Source of the DNA: Nanobdellota archaeon
GTDB taxonomy: Archaea > Nanobdellota > Nanobdellia > Parvarchaeales > Parvarchaeaceae
Assembly: GCA_021852265.1 (NCBI GenBank)
Contig: JAJZNV010000016.1
Span: forward strand, 189 to 64,188
Length of the DNA: 64,000 bases
Reading direction: 5' to 3'
Shown: positions 26,883 through 35,904 of the stretch, piece by piece
Layout of the letters: each line of letters begins with the position of its first letter
Numbering within the stretch: the first letter of the stretch is position 1
Position numbers and translations under genes: made by a program
Notes under the pieces: model-generated
Database searches by the model: none
What the model was told of the DNA's origin: nothing
Seen by the model: the letters and a program-made list of their open reading frames with translations, nothing else

Positions 26883-28145
26883 ATGGAAGAATTAAACCCG
26901 TTTAAAATAGCACAAGAACAACTTGATAATGCAGCTAAGATAATGGGACTGGATGCGCAGGTACAAAAACTGCTTCGCGAGCCGATGCAAACTGTTGTAG
27001 TGAATTTTCCGGTAAAATTAGATAATGGAAAAACAGAGACGTTTACCGGTTTTAGAGTCTTATATAATAATGCGCGAGGTCCTGGAAAGGGCGGTATCCG
27101 TTTTCATCCAGGAGAAACCTTGGATACCGTAAAAGCGCTCTCTTCTTGGATGACTTGGAAATGTGCATTGTCCGGAATACCTTTCGGAGGAGCTAAAGGA
27201 GGGGTTATCTGTGATCCTAAAAACTTGTCTGTGTCAGAATTGGAGAGGCTTTCCAGGGCATATATACGTGCAATCGGAAAGTTCATAGGCCCGAAGGTAG
27301 ATGTGCCTGCACCGGATGTGTATACAACCCCGCAGATAATGGCGTGGATGATGGATGAATACAGTAAACTTGCCGGCCAGAACGAATTCGGAGTGATAAC
27401 AGGAAAACCTCTGGAGATTTGGGGATCCGAGGGTAGGTTTAATTCAACGGCAATGGGTGCGATGTATGTATTAAGGGAAGCTGCTAAGCGCGCCGGCATA
27501 GACCTAAAAAAAGCGAGAGTTGCGATACAGGGTTTTGGAAATGCTGGTAAATTTGCGTTTGATTTGGTGACAAAACTATTCGGTTCTAAGGTTGTCGCCA
27601 TAAGCGATTCTGAAGGCGGTGTATACTCCGAGGACGGACTCGACTATAATGAGTTATCTAACATAAAAGAAAAGACGGGTAGTGTAGAGAATTATACTAA
27701 AGGCAAGAAAATAACCAATGAGGAGCTTATAGAATCCAAGGTGGATATTCTTATACCCGCAGCTATCGAGAATCAGATAACTGGTGCAAACGCACAGAAA
27801 GTAAGCGCCAAGATTGTACTGGAACTAGCTAATGGACCTGTAACTCCGGATGCCGATAAGATATTATTCAAAAATGGGGTGATCGACCTGCCGGACTTTC
27901 TGGTGAACGCGGGAGGAGTGATAGTCTCCTACTTCGAATGGGCGCAGAATGCTCAGAATTATTACTGGACGCAGGAAGAGGTTTATGAGCGCCTTGACGG
28001 GTTAATAACGAAATCTTTTAATGATGTAATGAAAACTCAGCAGGATTACAAGTCAAAAGGCACAAAAATAACACTTAGGGATGCAGCTTATATCATAGCA
28101 TTACAGAGAGTCGCAGACGCCATGAAAACCAGAGGCTGGTACTGA
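26883..28145 (+). CDS. gdhA: glutamate dehydrogenase
   Basis: GPGKGGIRFHPG, GGAKGG, the Rossmann motif IQGFGNAGKF and VSYFEW. Confidence 0.95.
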   Translation: MEELNPFKIAQEQLDNAAKIMGLDAQVQKLLREPMQTVVVNFPVKLDNGKTETFTGFRVLYNNARGPGKGGIRFHPGETLDTVKALSSWMTWKCALSGIPFGGAKGGVICDPKNLSVSELERLSRAYIRAIGKFIGPKVDVPAPDVYTTPQIMAWMMDEYSKLAGQNEFGVITGKPLEIWGSEGRFNSTAMGAMYVLREAAKRAGIDLKKARVAIQGFGNAGKFAFDLVTKLFGSKVVAISDSEGGVYSEDGLDYNELSNIKEKTGSVENYTKGKKITNEELIESKVDILIPAAIENQITGANAQKVSAKIVLELANGPVTPDADKILFKNGVIDLPDFLVNAGGVIVSYFEWAQNAQNYYWTQEEVYERLDGLITKSFNDVMKTQQDYKSKGTKITLRDAAYIIALQRVADAMKTRGWY

Positions 28146-28147
28146 GC

Positions 28148-28708
28148 TCAATATAGCTTCCTTAATTTGACGATGCGTACTTTACCGTTATCAATCACGA
28201 CATAACCTCTGTCATTGTATACCCCTCTTAGATTACTGATGGTGCCACAGCAAACTGTCCTTATAGACTTAAAATTCTTTAAGCCATGTGAATGCCCAAG
28301 GAAGAGATACTCACCATGCAGGTGCAATCTTCTTCTGGCATAAAATGCGAACAAAAATAGCGGAACAGAACTCCCGAATATTTTAAACAGCCTCGCGATG
28401 TTTGCCGTGACATTATCCGATTTTATATTGAATTGGTGCCCATGTATAAACACCAGCCGAGCATCACCCATACGCAATCTGAGCACGTCATAATCACCCT
28501 TAACTTTATCTTCGTCACCGTTTATGAAATATGTATTTCTACGTAATCTTTTTGGTATCAACCTAAAGAACCGTCTAAGAAGCCCTGCTCTCGCTATTAT
28601 ATCCCCATCAAGAATGATCTTGGAAGGTTTCTCCTTTGAGATAATCCGCAGTATCTCGCGTTCATCTGAAAATGGATAATGTATATCCGATAACACCAAT
28701 ATTCTCAT
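28148..28708 (-). CDS. metallophosphoesterase (calcineurin-like, MJ0936/YfcE type)
   Basis: LVLSDIHYP, DGDII, INGDED and GHSHG. Confidence 0.8.
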   Translation of the reverse strand: MRILVLSDIHYPFSDEREILRIISKEKPSKIILDGDIIARAGLLRRFFRLIPKRLRRNTYFINGDEDKVKGDYDVLRLRMGDARLVFIHGHQFNIKSDNVTANIARLFKIFGSSVPLFLFAFYARRRLHLHGEYLFLGHSHGLKNFKSIRTVCCGTISNLRGVYNDRGYVVIDNGKVRIVKLRKLY

Positions 28709-28751
28709 ATAACCCTATCTTTTATATTATGCAGGCTTTAATTATAATTAT

Positions 28752-29279
28752 ATGAAATTAAAGCAGGGACAGTTTTTATTTCTACCGGATTGGCTCAGAC
28801 CTGCTTTAGCGCAGCCATTCGGCACCACAATGTCCGAGGAGGAGACAGTAAAGAAGCTTGAAAAGAGAGATACTTACATAATTACGGTGGGAGATGAGAC
28901 TACGAAGACTCTTATACGATATGGTATTGAGCCCAATCTCGCCATTTTTGACCTTAAGACTAAAAGAAGAGAAACGCAGGATTCGGAGCTGCAGAAACAT
29001 TATGTTACACGGGAACGTATTAAGAATCCGCAAAAACAGATAACTTTCGACCTTTGGCACGCAATAGAGAAAAGCCTAAAAAGGAAAAAAGCGGCGATAC
29101 AGGTAAACGGCGAGGAAGATCTCGCAGCTTTGCCGTGTGCTTATATGGCAAAAGATGGCTCCGTGATGCTGTATGGTATACCAAATGTAGGCATAAGTTT
29201 TGTTTTAATAGACAATGGTGTGAAGGCGAAAGTAAAAAACCTTATAGACCAAATGGAAGTAAAGTCAGCTAAGTCCTGA
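28752..29279 (+). CDS. DUF359 protein = archaeal GTP-dependent dephospho-CoA kinase family
   Basis: LRPALAQPFG...YIITVGDETTKTLIRYGIEPNLAIFDLKTKRRE follows the DUF359 core pattern (VGDxV...G..P...I.D.KT.R). Confidence 0.7.
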   Translation: MKLKQGQFLFLPDWLRPALAQPFGTTMSEEETVKKLEKRDTYIITVGDETTKTLIRYGIEPNLAIFDLKTKRRETQDSELQKHYVTRERIKNPQKQITFDLWHAIEKSLKRKKAAIQVNGEEDLAALPCAYMAKDGSVMLYGIPNVGISFVLIDNGVKAKVKNLIDQMEVKSAKS

Positions 29280-29760
29280 ATCGATCTATAAATGTTTGCA
29301 CAGTTTTTTCTGGCAGGTACTTTTTTACCAATTCCTTCCACCCTGTATTCCCAACAAGCCCCTTTACGAGGCTTGAGCTAATCTCTGTCAATTCACGGGG
29401 AGGCATGAGAAAAACCGTTAATATCTCCGGTCTTATGTCAGAATTTATGTGCATCACTCCTCGTTCAAACTCATAGTCGCCATTGGAGCGTATACCGCGC
29501 AGGATGTAATCAGCATTTATAGATTTAGCATATTCAACAAGAAAATCGCCTTCGAAACTTGCAATCTTGACATTTAAATATTCCTTTGTGCACTTCCTAA
29601 GCATTTCTAATCTCTCTTGTAAAGAAAACGTGGTTCTCTTATTCGGGTTTATACCGACAGCTACAACCAGCTCATCAAATAGTTTCGAACCATTTTGTAT
29701 CATCCACAGGTGACCATTTGTTATCGGATCAAAGCTTCCTGCATAGATTGCTCTTCTCAT
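29269..29760 (-). CDS. coaD: phosphopantetheine adenylyltransferase, bacterial CoaD type
   Basis: MRRAIYAGSFDPITNGHLWMI (the T/HxGH nucleotidyltransferase motif as in bacterial CoaD), ISSSLVK, and a 163-aa length. Confidence 0.88.
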   Translation of the reverse strand: MRRAIYAGSFDPITNGHLWMIQNGSKLFDELVVAVGINPNKRTTFSLQERLEMLRKCTKEYLNVKIASFEGDFLVEYAKSINADYILRGIRSNGDYEFERGVMHINSDIRPEILTVFLMPPRELTEISSSLVKGLVGNTGWKELVKKYLPEKTVQTFIDRFRT

Positions 29761-29814
29761 ATAATTTATAAACTAATCTTAATTATAAATGTTATATCTT
29801 GCTTAAGGAAAAAT

Positions 29815-30732
29815 ATGATAGTCGCACTATTATCATCAAAAGAGCTGAGTGAAAATGTTATTCATGGTGTAATATCCAAAAAATTGGATATAATAAATAA
29901 TTTACAGATGGCCGCCGGCAAACATGAAGAAACTATAGTTTATGCTGTGGACTACCCCTCCTCAATAGTGTCTCTGCTGCGTGCAATATCCATAGCAGAC
30001 ACATGTATTATAATAGTAAATCAGGAGGTGTCTAGCCTGGACGCAGAGCTGGTTTTGGCAGTAGAATATTCAGGTATATCAGAGGGAATTATCGTATACG
30101 ATGAATATTCGGATACGGCATCCTTTTCAAAGTTCTTCTCTGCATACAAAGCCGGCAAATTTAGGATGATTAGCGCTGGAGAGGAATATAGATTTGAAAG
30201 TGCATCCGCGGGAAAAAATCCTGGATTAAAATATATCTCCATAGACAAGCACTTTATAGTCAAGGGCATAGGAAATGTCATACTCGGTTTCACTCTAAAT
30301 GGGAGCGTGAATAAGGGAGACCGGATGGTTTTATTACCCTCTTTAAAGGAAGTGGCAATCAAAAGCATCCAGGTTATGGACAAAGACGTCTCATCCGCGG
30401 AATCGGGTCTTCATGTGGGGCTTGCCCTGAATAATGTAAATGAAAATGATCTTGATCTGAACTATAGCGTCTCTTCTTCTAAGGAGATAAGTAATACTTA
30501 CAAATGCAAACTAGTTAAATCCGCCCTTTTTAAGGGAGATCCTTTTGCATCAAAGGGATTATGTTGCTCAATACTCGGTAAAAACTTGACTGTGGCATTG
30601 GCAACAGGGGAAAACAGTCAAAGCATCCTGTTTAATAAACCGATTATCAGGGCTAATGGGAAACACGTTCTTGCCGATGCCAGTTTATCTGTTGGTAAAA
30701 ATAGGATAGTCGGCAGCTTTGAACTTGATTAA
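29815..30732 (+). CDS. EF-Tu/SelB-like protein with degenerate G domain and intact domain-II-like beta-barrel
   Basis: FIVKGIGNVILGFTLNGSVNKGDRMVLLPSLKEVAIKSIQVMDKDVSSAESGLHVGLAL resembles translation-factor domain II. The N-terminal region has no GxxxxGK(S/T), DxxG or NKxD. Start moved to the ATG at 29815 because the track start overlaps coaD. Confidence 0.4.
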   Translation: MIVALLSSKELSENVIHGVISKKLDIINNLQMAAGKHEETIVYAVDYPSSIVSLLRAISIADTCIIIVNQEVSSLDAELVLAVEYSGISEGIIVYDEYSDTASFSKFFSAYKAGKFRMISAGEEYRFESASAGKNPGLKYISIDKHFIVKGIGNVILGFTLNGSVNKGDRMVLLPSLKEVAIKSIQVMDKDVSSAESGLHVGLALNNVNENDLDLNYSVSSSKEISNTYKCKLVKSALFKGDPFASKGLCCSILGKNLTVALATGENSQSILFNKPIIRANGKHVLADASLSVGKNRIVGSFELD

Positions 30733-30775
30733 CACCGCTATTTAGTATTAAATAAGTCGATGCTTTAATCTTGTT

Positions 30776-31822
30776 ATGCATTTTGGAGTAACATTTGACT
30801 CAAAGGACAGGGCTAGTCTTGATGTAGTAACTGGCATATGTAAATTTTTAAGAGAATCAAAGCATGATGTTTTTCTAGAAGAAAAGATAAAGAACTCACC
30901 AAAAAACACCAAAGTGTCTTCAATAAAGTCTATGGAGGTGGATATTCTAATCTCCGTAGGTAACAGCTTTAACGTACTAAGGACATTCAGGGAGCTTGGA
31001 CACACAAAAATACCAGTGCTGAGTGTTTCAACTTCTCCGACAAATTTTTTACCTGAGATAACTCCAGATCAATTTCCAAACGCACTGGAGAAGATTCAGA
31101 AAAAAGATTATGTGATTGAGGAGCATTCACGGCTCGAAATAAAAAATGGAAACGGCGAGATGCCGATGGCCTTAAATGATATAGTGATAACCTCAAAGAA
31201 AAGTGCGACAATAGTTTCCTACAGTGTTATTATAGATGGCAAACTAGCATTTAAAGATATAGGAGATGGTGTAATTATTTCGACACCGACGGGTTCTACT
31301 GGATATTCTGCTTCTGCAGGTGGTCCGGTAATTTTTCCAGAGGCAGAAGTATTGGTTATAACTCCGGTATCTTCTCTAAACCAGAACAAGCCGGTAATAA
31401 TCAATGATTCTAGCATAATACAGATAAAATCTATATATGGCAGCGTAGGCGCGGAGATTGTCATTGATGGACGACAGAGGACAAATATAACCGGAAATGA
31501 AGTTATAATAAAGAACGCCCTCGCACCCGCGGAATTCATAAAGTTTAAAGAATTCGATAAGAACCCTCTGGAAAAATTGAAGAAGAGGATGGAATCTGGT
31601 AATCAAATAGCGATAACCGCACCGCCCTCCGCAAAATTTATATTCAAGGTCCTTCAGTATGAGGGCGCATTGACTCAAAAAGAGCTTATTAGCATGACTG
31701 CCATGCCTGCAAGGACCGTCAGGTCCGGTTTAAATTATCTATTTAAAGTAGGGCTGGTGGATGAACAAAAAGTACTCAGAGATGCACGTTATAGCGTCTA
31801 TTATATAAAAAATAAACAATAA
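30776..31822 (+). CDS. NAD-kinase-like protein with degenerate GGDG motif fused to a C-terminal winged-helix DNA-binding domain
   Basis: NADK motifs ALNDIVI and GDGVIISTPTGSTGYSASAGGPVI are present, but the GGDG position reads GNSF (30959..30970). The C-terminal 75 aa or so (FKVLQYEGALTQKELISMTAMPARTVRSGLNYLFKVGLVDE) look like a MarR/ArsR-like wHTH. Confidence 0.7.
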   Translation: MHFGVTFDSKDRASLDVVTGICKFLRESKHDVFLEEKIKNSPKNTKVSSIKSMEVDILISVGNSFNVLRTFRELGHTKIPVLSVSTSPTNFLPEITPDQFPNALEKIQKKDYVIEEHSRLEIKNGNGEMPMALNDIVITSKKSATIVSYSVIIDGKLAFKDIGDGVIISTPTGSTGYSASAGGPVIFPEAEVLVITPVSSLNQNKPVIINDSSIIQIKSIYGSVGAEIVIDGRQRTNITGNEVIIKNALAPAEFIKFKEFDKNPLEKLKKRMESGNQIAITAPPSAKFIFKVLQYEGALTQKELISMTAMPARTVRSGLNYLFKVGLVDEQKVLRDARYSVYYIKNKQ

Positions 31823-31858
31823 AATTTATACACAATGCGATCAGAACGCTTCGCAAGA

Positions 31859-33298
31859 TTATTTTTGTATGGTTCTCTCTATGCTTTTAGCCTCTTCTAT
31901 GAGATCCTGTTTTAGCTTGGACAATCTATCGCTTAATTTTACGGGATAAGTTTCCGCTCCCGATATCTTTTTGTACCTATCAGGAATTAGTGCCAATTCA
32001 GCTCCGCAACGTCGTTTTATTTCGTCTAATTTAGGGAAGTCATATACAATCTTTCCATTTGAAATGACTGGAACCAATAGTGGCTTGGCCCCTTGTGGTG
32101 GCAGCTCCTCCCACATGGAAATCTCATCGTGTGAGTATGTGCCACTTTCTGCAATGCGATATACCTGTTTTTTCCCAGGAAGTGTAGTTTTTTCGATATC
32201 CTCGCTTATTTTTATCTTTGGTATGACCTTCCCTTCCTTTTTTATTTCGACTAGTTTGTAAACTCCGCCAAGGGCGGACACTTCTCCCTCTTTAGTTAGA
32301 GAGTTATAATTAGCGCCGGTTATGAGTCTTGTACCAACACCAAATCCGTCTATGGGGGACCCTTTCTCCACAAGTTCATTCACTTTGTACTCATCAAGGT
32401 CGCTGCTGACCATAATCTTTGTGTCTTTGAATCCTTCAAAATCGAGAATCTCCCTTACCTTTTTGCTCAGCATAAATAAGTCCCCGCTATCTAGCCTGAC
32501 TCCTTTCAAATCATAACCCTTCGCCTTTAACTCTTTGCCAATAGTGCACGCATTTCTGGCTCCTTGGAGGGTATCATAAGTGTCTATAAGCAGAACGGCA
32601 TTGTGCGGAAAAGATTCCGCGTATTCTCTAAAAGCACTAATCTCAGAATCTCTTTCCTGTACAAACTTGTGTGGCATAGTACCAACATAAGGGATACCAA
32701 ATTTTTTACCCGCTAGTACGAGTGCGCTTCCAACAGAACCGCCTATATAAGCGGCTCTTGCACCAAGCACTGCAGCGTCTCTACCTTGTGCACGTCTAGC
32801 ACCGAATTCTAGTACCGTCCTACCTTTTGCAGCGTTTACGACCCTAGACGCCTTAGTAGCTACGAGAGTCTGGAAATTCATTACGTTCAATATGTATGTC
32901 TCAAATAATTGAACATCTATTGATGGCCCAGTTATGCTTAGTATAGGCTCATTCGGGAAAACGGGTGTCCCTTCAGGTATAGCATACACGTCACCTTTGA
33001 ACTTGAAATTTTCAAGGTATGCCAGGAAGTCTTTATTAAAATCTTTGCCAGAAGTTTTTTTAAGCCATCCGCCATCCTTCTTACTCAAGCGATAGTTCAT
33101 TATGAAGGAGATTACCTGTTCCAATCCTGCAGCTATCATATAAGAACCAAGGTGCTTTGGCACTTTCCTAAAGAAAAATGTCTCCGTTATAATATCTCTA
33201 TTTTTATGATCAAAATCTGCTTTTCCGCCGGTCAATTCATAGTAATCCAGAAACAGCGCGAGCTCGTCTTGCTCTATTAAAGAATTGTTAAGCTTCAT
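31859..33298 (-). CDS. pncB: nicotinate phosphoribosyltransferase
   Basis: The 479-aa length and the motifs LEFGARRAQG and GTMPH/HKFV are typical of NAPRTase. Confidence 0.88.
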   Translation of the reverse strand: MKLNNSLIEQDELALFLDYYELTGGKADFDHKNRDIITETFFFRKVPKHLGSYMIAAGLEQVISFIMNYRLSKKDGGWLKKTSGKDFNKDFLAYLENFKFKGDVYAIPEGTPVFPNEPILSITGPSIDVQLFETYILNVMNFQTLVATKASRVVNAAKGRTVLEFGARRAQGRDAAVLGARAAYIGGSVGSALVLAGKKFGIPYVGTMPHKFVQERDSEISAFREYAESFPHNAVLLIDTYDTLQGARNACTIGKELKAKGYDLKGVRLDSGDLFMLSKKVREILDFEGFKDTKIMVSSDLDEYKVNELVEKGSPIDGFGVGTRLITGANYNSLTKEGEVSALGGVYKLVEIKKEGKVIPKIKISEDIEKTTLPGKKQVYRIAESGTYSHDEISMWEELPPQGAKPLLVPVISNGKIVYDFPKLDEIKRRCGAELALIPDRYKKISGAETYPVKLSDRLSKLKQDLIEEAKSIERTIQK

Positions 33299-33480
33299 AT
33301 CGTTATAATCTAGATACTCCTTGTCATAATTTATTCTTAATACCTAAGGCAATTTTTTCACATTGCCTAATTCAATTACAAGATTTACCGCTAGTTTACA
33401 CTATTAATTTGATTGCAGCTATATACTCTTCGTGCACGGACAAGCTTGAATCAAGAGTCCGTAAACTGGAGGAATGAATT

Positions 33481-34116
33481 ATGTCTAAAAAAGCATTGTT
33501 GGTTGTGGATATGGTGAATGATTTTCTAAATAAGGATGTTAATCCAAGTGTGAGTTGTCCAAGAGGTTTATCGATATTACCGAACGTTACGAAACTCGCA
33601 CGTTTTGCCCTTGAAAGTGGCATAACGCTCATCTATTGTAGCGATGCGCACCTTCCATCAGATTATGAGCTGAAAGTGTGGGGACCGCACTCAATGCAGG
33701 GGACAAAGGGAAGTGAGATCGTACCTTGGTTGCCTACTGATAATCTATATACTATAAAGAGAGGAGAAACTCTGAATAAAGTGCTTGCTATTAAAACTAA
33801 TGGACCATTTAATGTTGAGAAGGGGACTTATAGTGGGTTTAGGGACAATGGTGGTATAGATACTGCACTGGACAATCTGCTAAAACTAAAAAAGATAGAC
33901 ACATTGTATATTACCGGGCTAACCACCGGGATATGTGACAGGCATACCTCTGCAGAGGCATTCTTCAGAGGATATAATATAGTCCTAGTTGAAGATGCTG
34001 TAGAGGGCTTCACAGCGGAAGAGAATGAGCAGGGAAAAGCATACATAAAAGCAAATTACGGTGCACGCGTATTAGGCACAGAAGAGGCTCTTACAGAATT
34101 CAAAAATGGGGCATGA
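33481..34116 (+). CDS. pncA: isochorismatase-family hydrolase, likely nicotinamidase
   Basis: KKALLVVDMVNDF, YITGLTTGICDRHT (catalytic Cys context), and its position between pncB and nadE. Confidence 0.75.
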   Translation: MSKKALLVVDMVNDFLNKDVNPSVSCPRGLSILPNVTKLARFALESGITLIYCSDAHLPSDYELKVWGPHSMQGTKGSEIVPWLPTDNLYTIKRGETLNKVLAIKTNGPFNVEKGTYSGFRDNGGIDTALDNLLKLKKIDTLYITGLTTGICDRHTSAEAFFRGYNIVLVEDAVEGFTAEENEQGKAYIKANYGARVLGTEEALTEFKNGA

Positions 34117-34976
34117 GGTTTGTATTTATGAATGTTCCACACGAGCTAGAAATTGATCCGAAAAAAGCGATTGATTATGGAATCAGCTGGGTAAGAGATT
34201 ACTTTAGCAAATCTGGATTTAAGACTGCTGTCATAGGTATCTCCGGCGGAAGTGATTCAGCTTTTACAGCGTATATTACATCAAAAGCAATCGGCAAAAG
34301 CAATGTTGTTGGAGTGATGTTACCCGAGGATAGAGTTACACCCGAAATTGACACCATACATGCCAAAGAGCTAATAAAATCGCTTGGGATAAACTCACTC
34401 GAGATAAACTTAACCGATATTGTGCGAGTAATGTCGAAACTAGATCCGGAACTTCTCAAAATAAAGAATAGGATAGCATATGCTAACGTAAAAGCCAGAC
34501 TAAGGATGGTATTGCTCTACAAAGAAGCAAATAAGCGCAATGCACTTGTAGTCGGCACGGATGACCGAAGCGAGCACATACTTGGTTATTACACAAAATA
34601 TGGGGACGGCGGTGTCGATATAAATGTACCAGAATACCTGTACAAAACACAGCTGAGGGGCATTCTGGAATATATAGCTTTGAAGGAAAAGACAAAGGTG
34701 ATGAAAGAGATAGCCGATAAAAAGCCTTCGCCACAGCTTTGGGAAGGGCAAACTGCCGAGGGCGAATTAGACGCAGACTACCAGACGATGGATAGAATAT
34801 TTTATTATCTTAAGGATTATAAGACAAAGCTCTCTGCGCAACAGGTGGCTGAGAAATTACACGTTGACAAAAAACTGGTTCTTAAGCTGATTAGCATGGA
34901 AGAGAAAAATAAGCACAAAGATAATGCTCCGGCAGCACCTCCGATAAATTATTCTTTTAATTTGTATGGTGCATAA
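34113..34976 (+). CDS. nadE: NH3-dependent NAD+ synthetase
   Basis: The PP-loop GISGGSDSA, GTDDRSEHILGYYTKYGDG, and a 4-nt overlap with pncA. Confidence 0.9.
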   Translation: MRFVFMNVPHELEIDPKKAIDYGISWVRDYFSKSGFKTAVIGISGGSDSAFTAYITSKAIGKSNVVGVMLPEDRVTPEIDTIHAKELIKSLGINSLEINLTDIVRVMSKLDPELLKIKNRIAYANVKARLRMVLLYKEANKRNALVVGTDDRSEHILGYYTKYGDGGVDINVPEYLYKTQLRGILEYIALKEKTKVMKEIADKKPSPQLWEGQTAEGELDADYQTMDRIFYYLKDYKTKLSAQQVAEKLHVDKKLVLKLISMEEKNKHKDNAPAAPPINYSFNLYGA

Positions 34977-35889
34977 TAATTTTATGGACAACATTGTCGT
35001 TGTGCGTGGAACCGCTTCAAACGGAATAGCTGAAGAAATATCCGCTATTCTTAATGTACCAATGATAGGCGCAGAATATCACATACTCGCGGATGGAGAG
35101 TCTTATGTGCGCATACCCGAAAAAGTTTCCGGCAAAATCGTTATACTAGTACAATCTACTTATCCTCCACAGGATAAGCATCTAATAGAACTTTTCCTGC
35201 TTATGGATGCTATAAAGAGCTATAATCCAAAAAAGATAATCCTAATCGTGCCATATCTGGCATATCTAAGACAGAACAAAAGATTCAAAGAAGGCGAGCC
35301 GATAAGCGCCGACATCATGCTAAAGATGATAAAGAACGCAGGAGCAGATGCATTGGTAACGATAGAGCCGCACAGGCCAGAGTCTTTGGTGGTTTTCGGC
35401 GGAAAGTCAATGATCGCAGACCCTCTTCCAGCTTATGTCGCTGCCGTTCCAAAAGGACTTAAAAAGGCAGTTGTACTGTCGCCAGACAACGGCGGATTAC
35501 AGAGAGCGGAACGCTTTGCAAAACTCTTGGGCACGCCTTTCACATCTATAGATAAGGAGAGGGACAAAACTACCGGTAAAATCTACATAAAATCAGAAAG
35601 CACCTTTGATTTTAAGAACCGGGATGTCATCATCATTGATGATGTGATAAGCACTGGTGGTACAGTGGCACAAGCCGCCAAATTTGTAAAATCCGAAGGC
35701 GCGAATAAAGTGCTTGTCATAGCAGCGCACCTTATTATGGTTGGTAATTGCGGGAAGAAAATAAAGAATGCTGGCGTATCCAGTATAACTGGTCTCAATA
35801 CTGTACCGAGCAAAGGAACGAGGGTAGTAGACGCTTCCCGTATCTTGACAGAATCCATAGAAGGTATCTTAAGGCTAAATGAATATTAA
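34966..35889 (+). CDS. prs: ribose-phosphate pyrophosphokinase (PRPP synthetase)
   Basis: The PRPP-binding loop VIIIDDVISTGGT, LVTIEPH and VVLSPDNGG. Confidence 0.9.
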   Translation: MVHNNFMDNIVVVRGTASNGIAEEISAILNVPMIGAEYHILADGESYVRIPEKVSGKIVILVQSTYPPQDKHLIELFLLMDAIKSYNPKKIILIVPYLAYLRQNKRFKEGEPISADIMLKMIKNAGADALVTIEPHRPESLVVFGGKSMIADPLPAYVAAVPKGLKKAVVLSPDNGGLQRAERFAKLLGTPFTSIDKERDKTTGKIYIKSESTFDFKNRDVIIIDDVISTGGTVAQAAKFVKSEGANKVLVIAAHLIMVGNCGKKIKNAGVSSITGLNTVPSKGTRVVDASRILTESIEGILRLNEY

Positions 35890-35904
35890 GTATGGACCTC
35901 TAAT

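Noticed and set aside
27104-27601. 165-aa minus-strand ORF inside gdhA.
   Set aside because: It is antisense to an unambiguous glutamate dehydrogenase gene.
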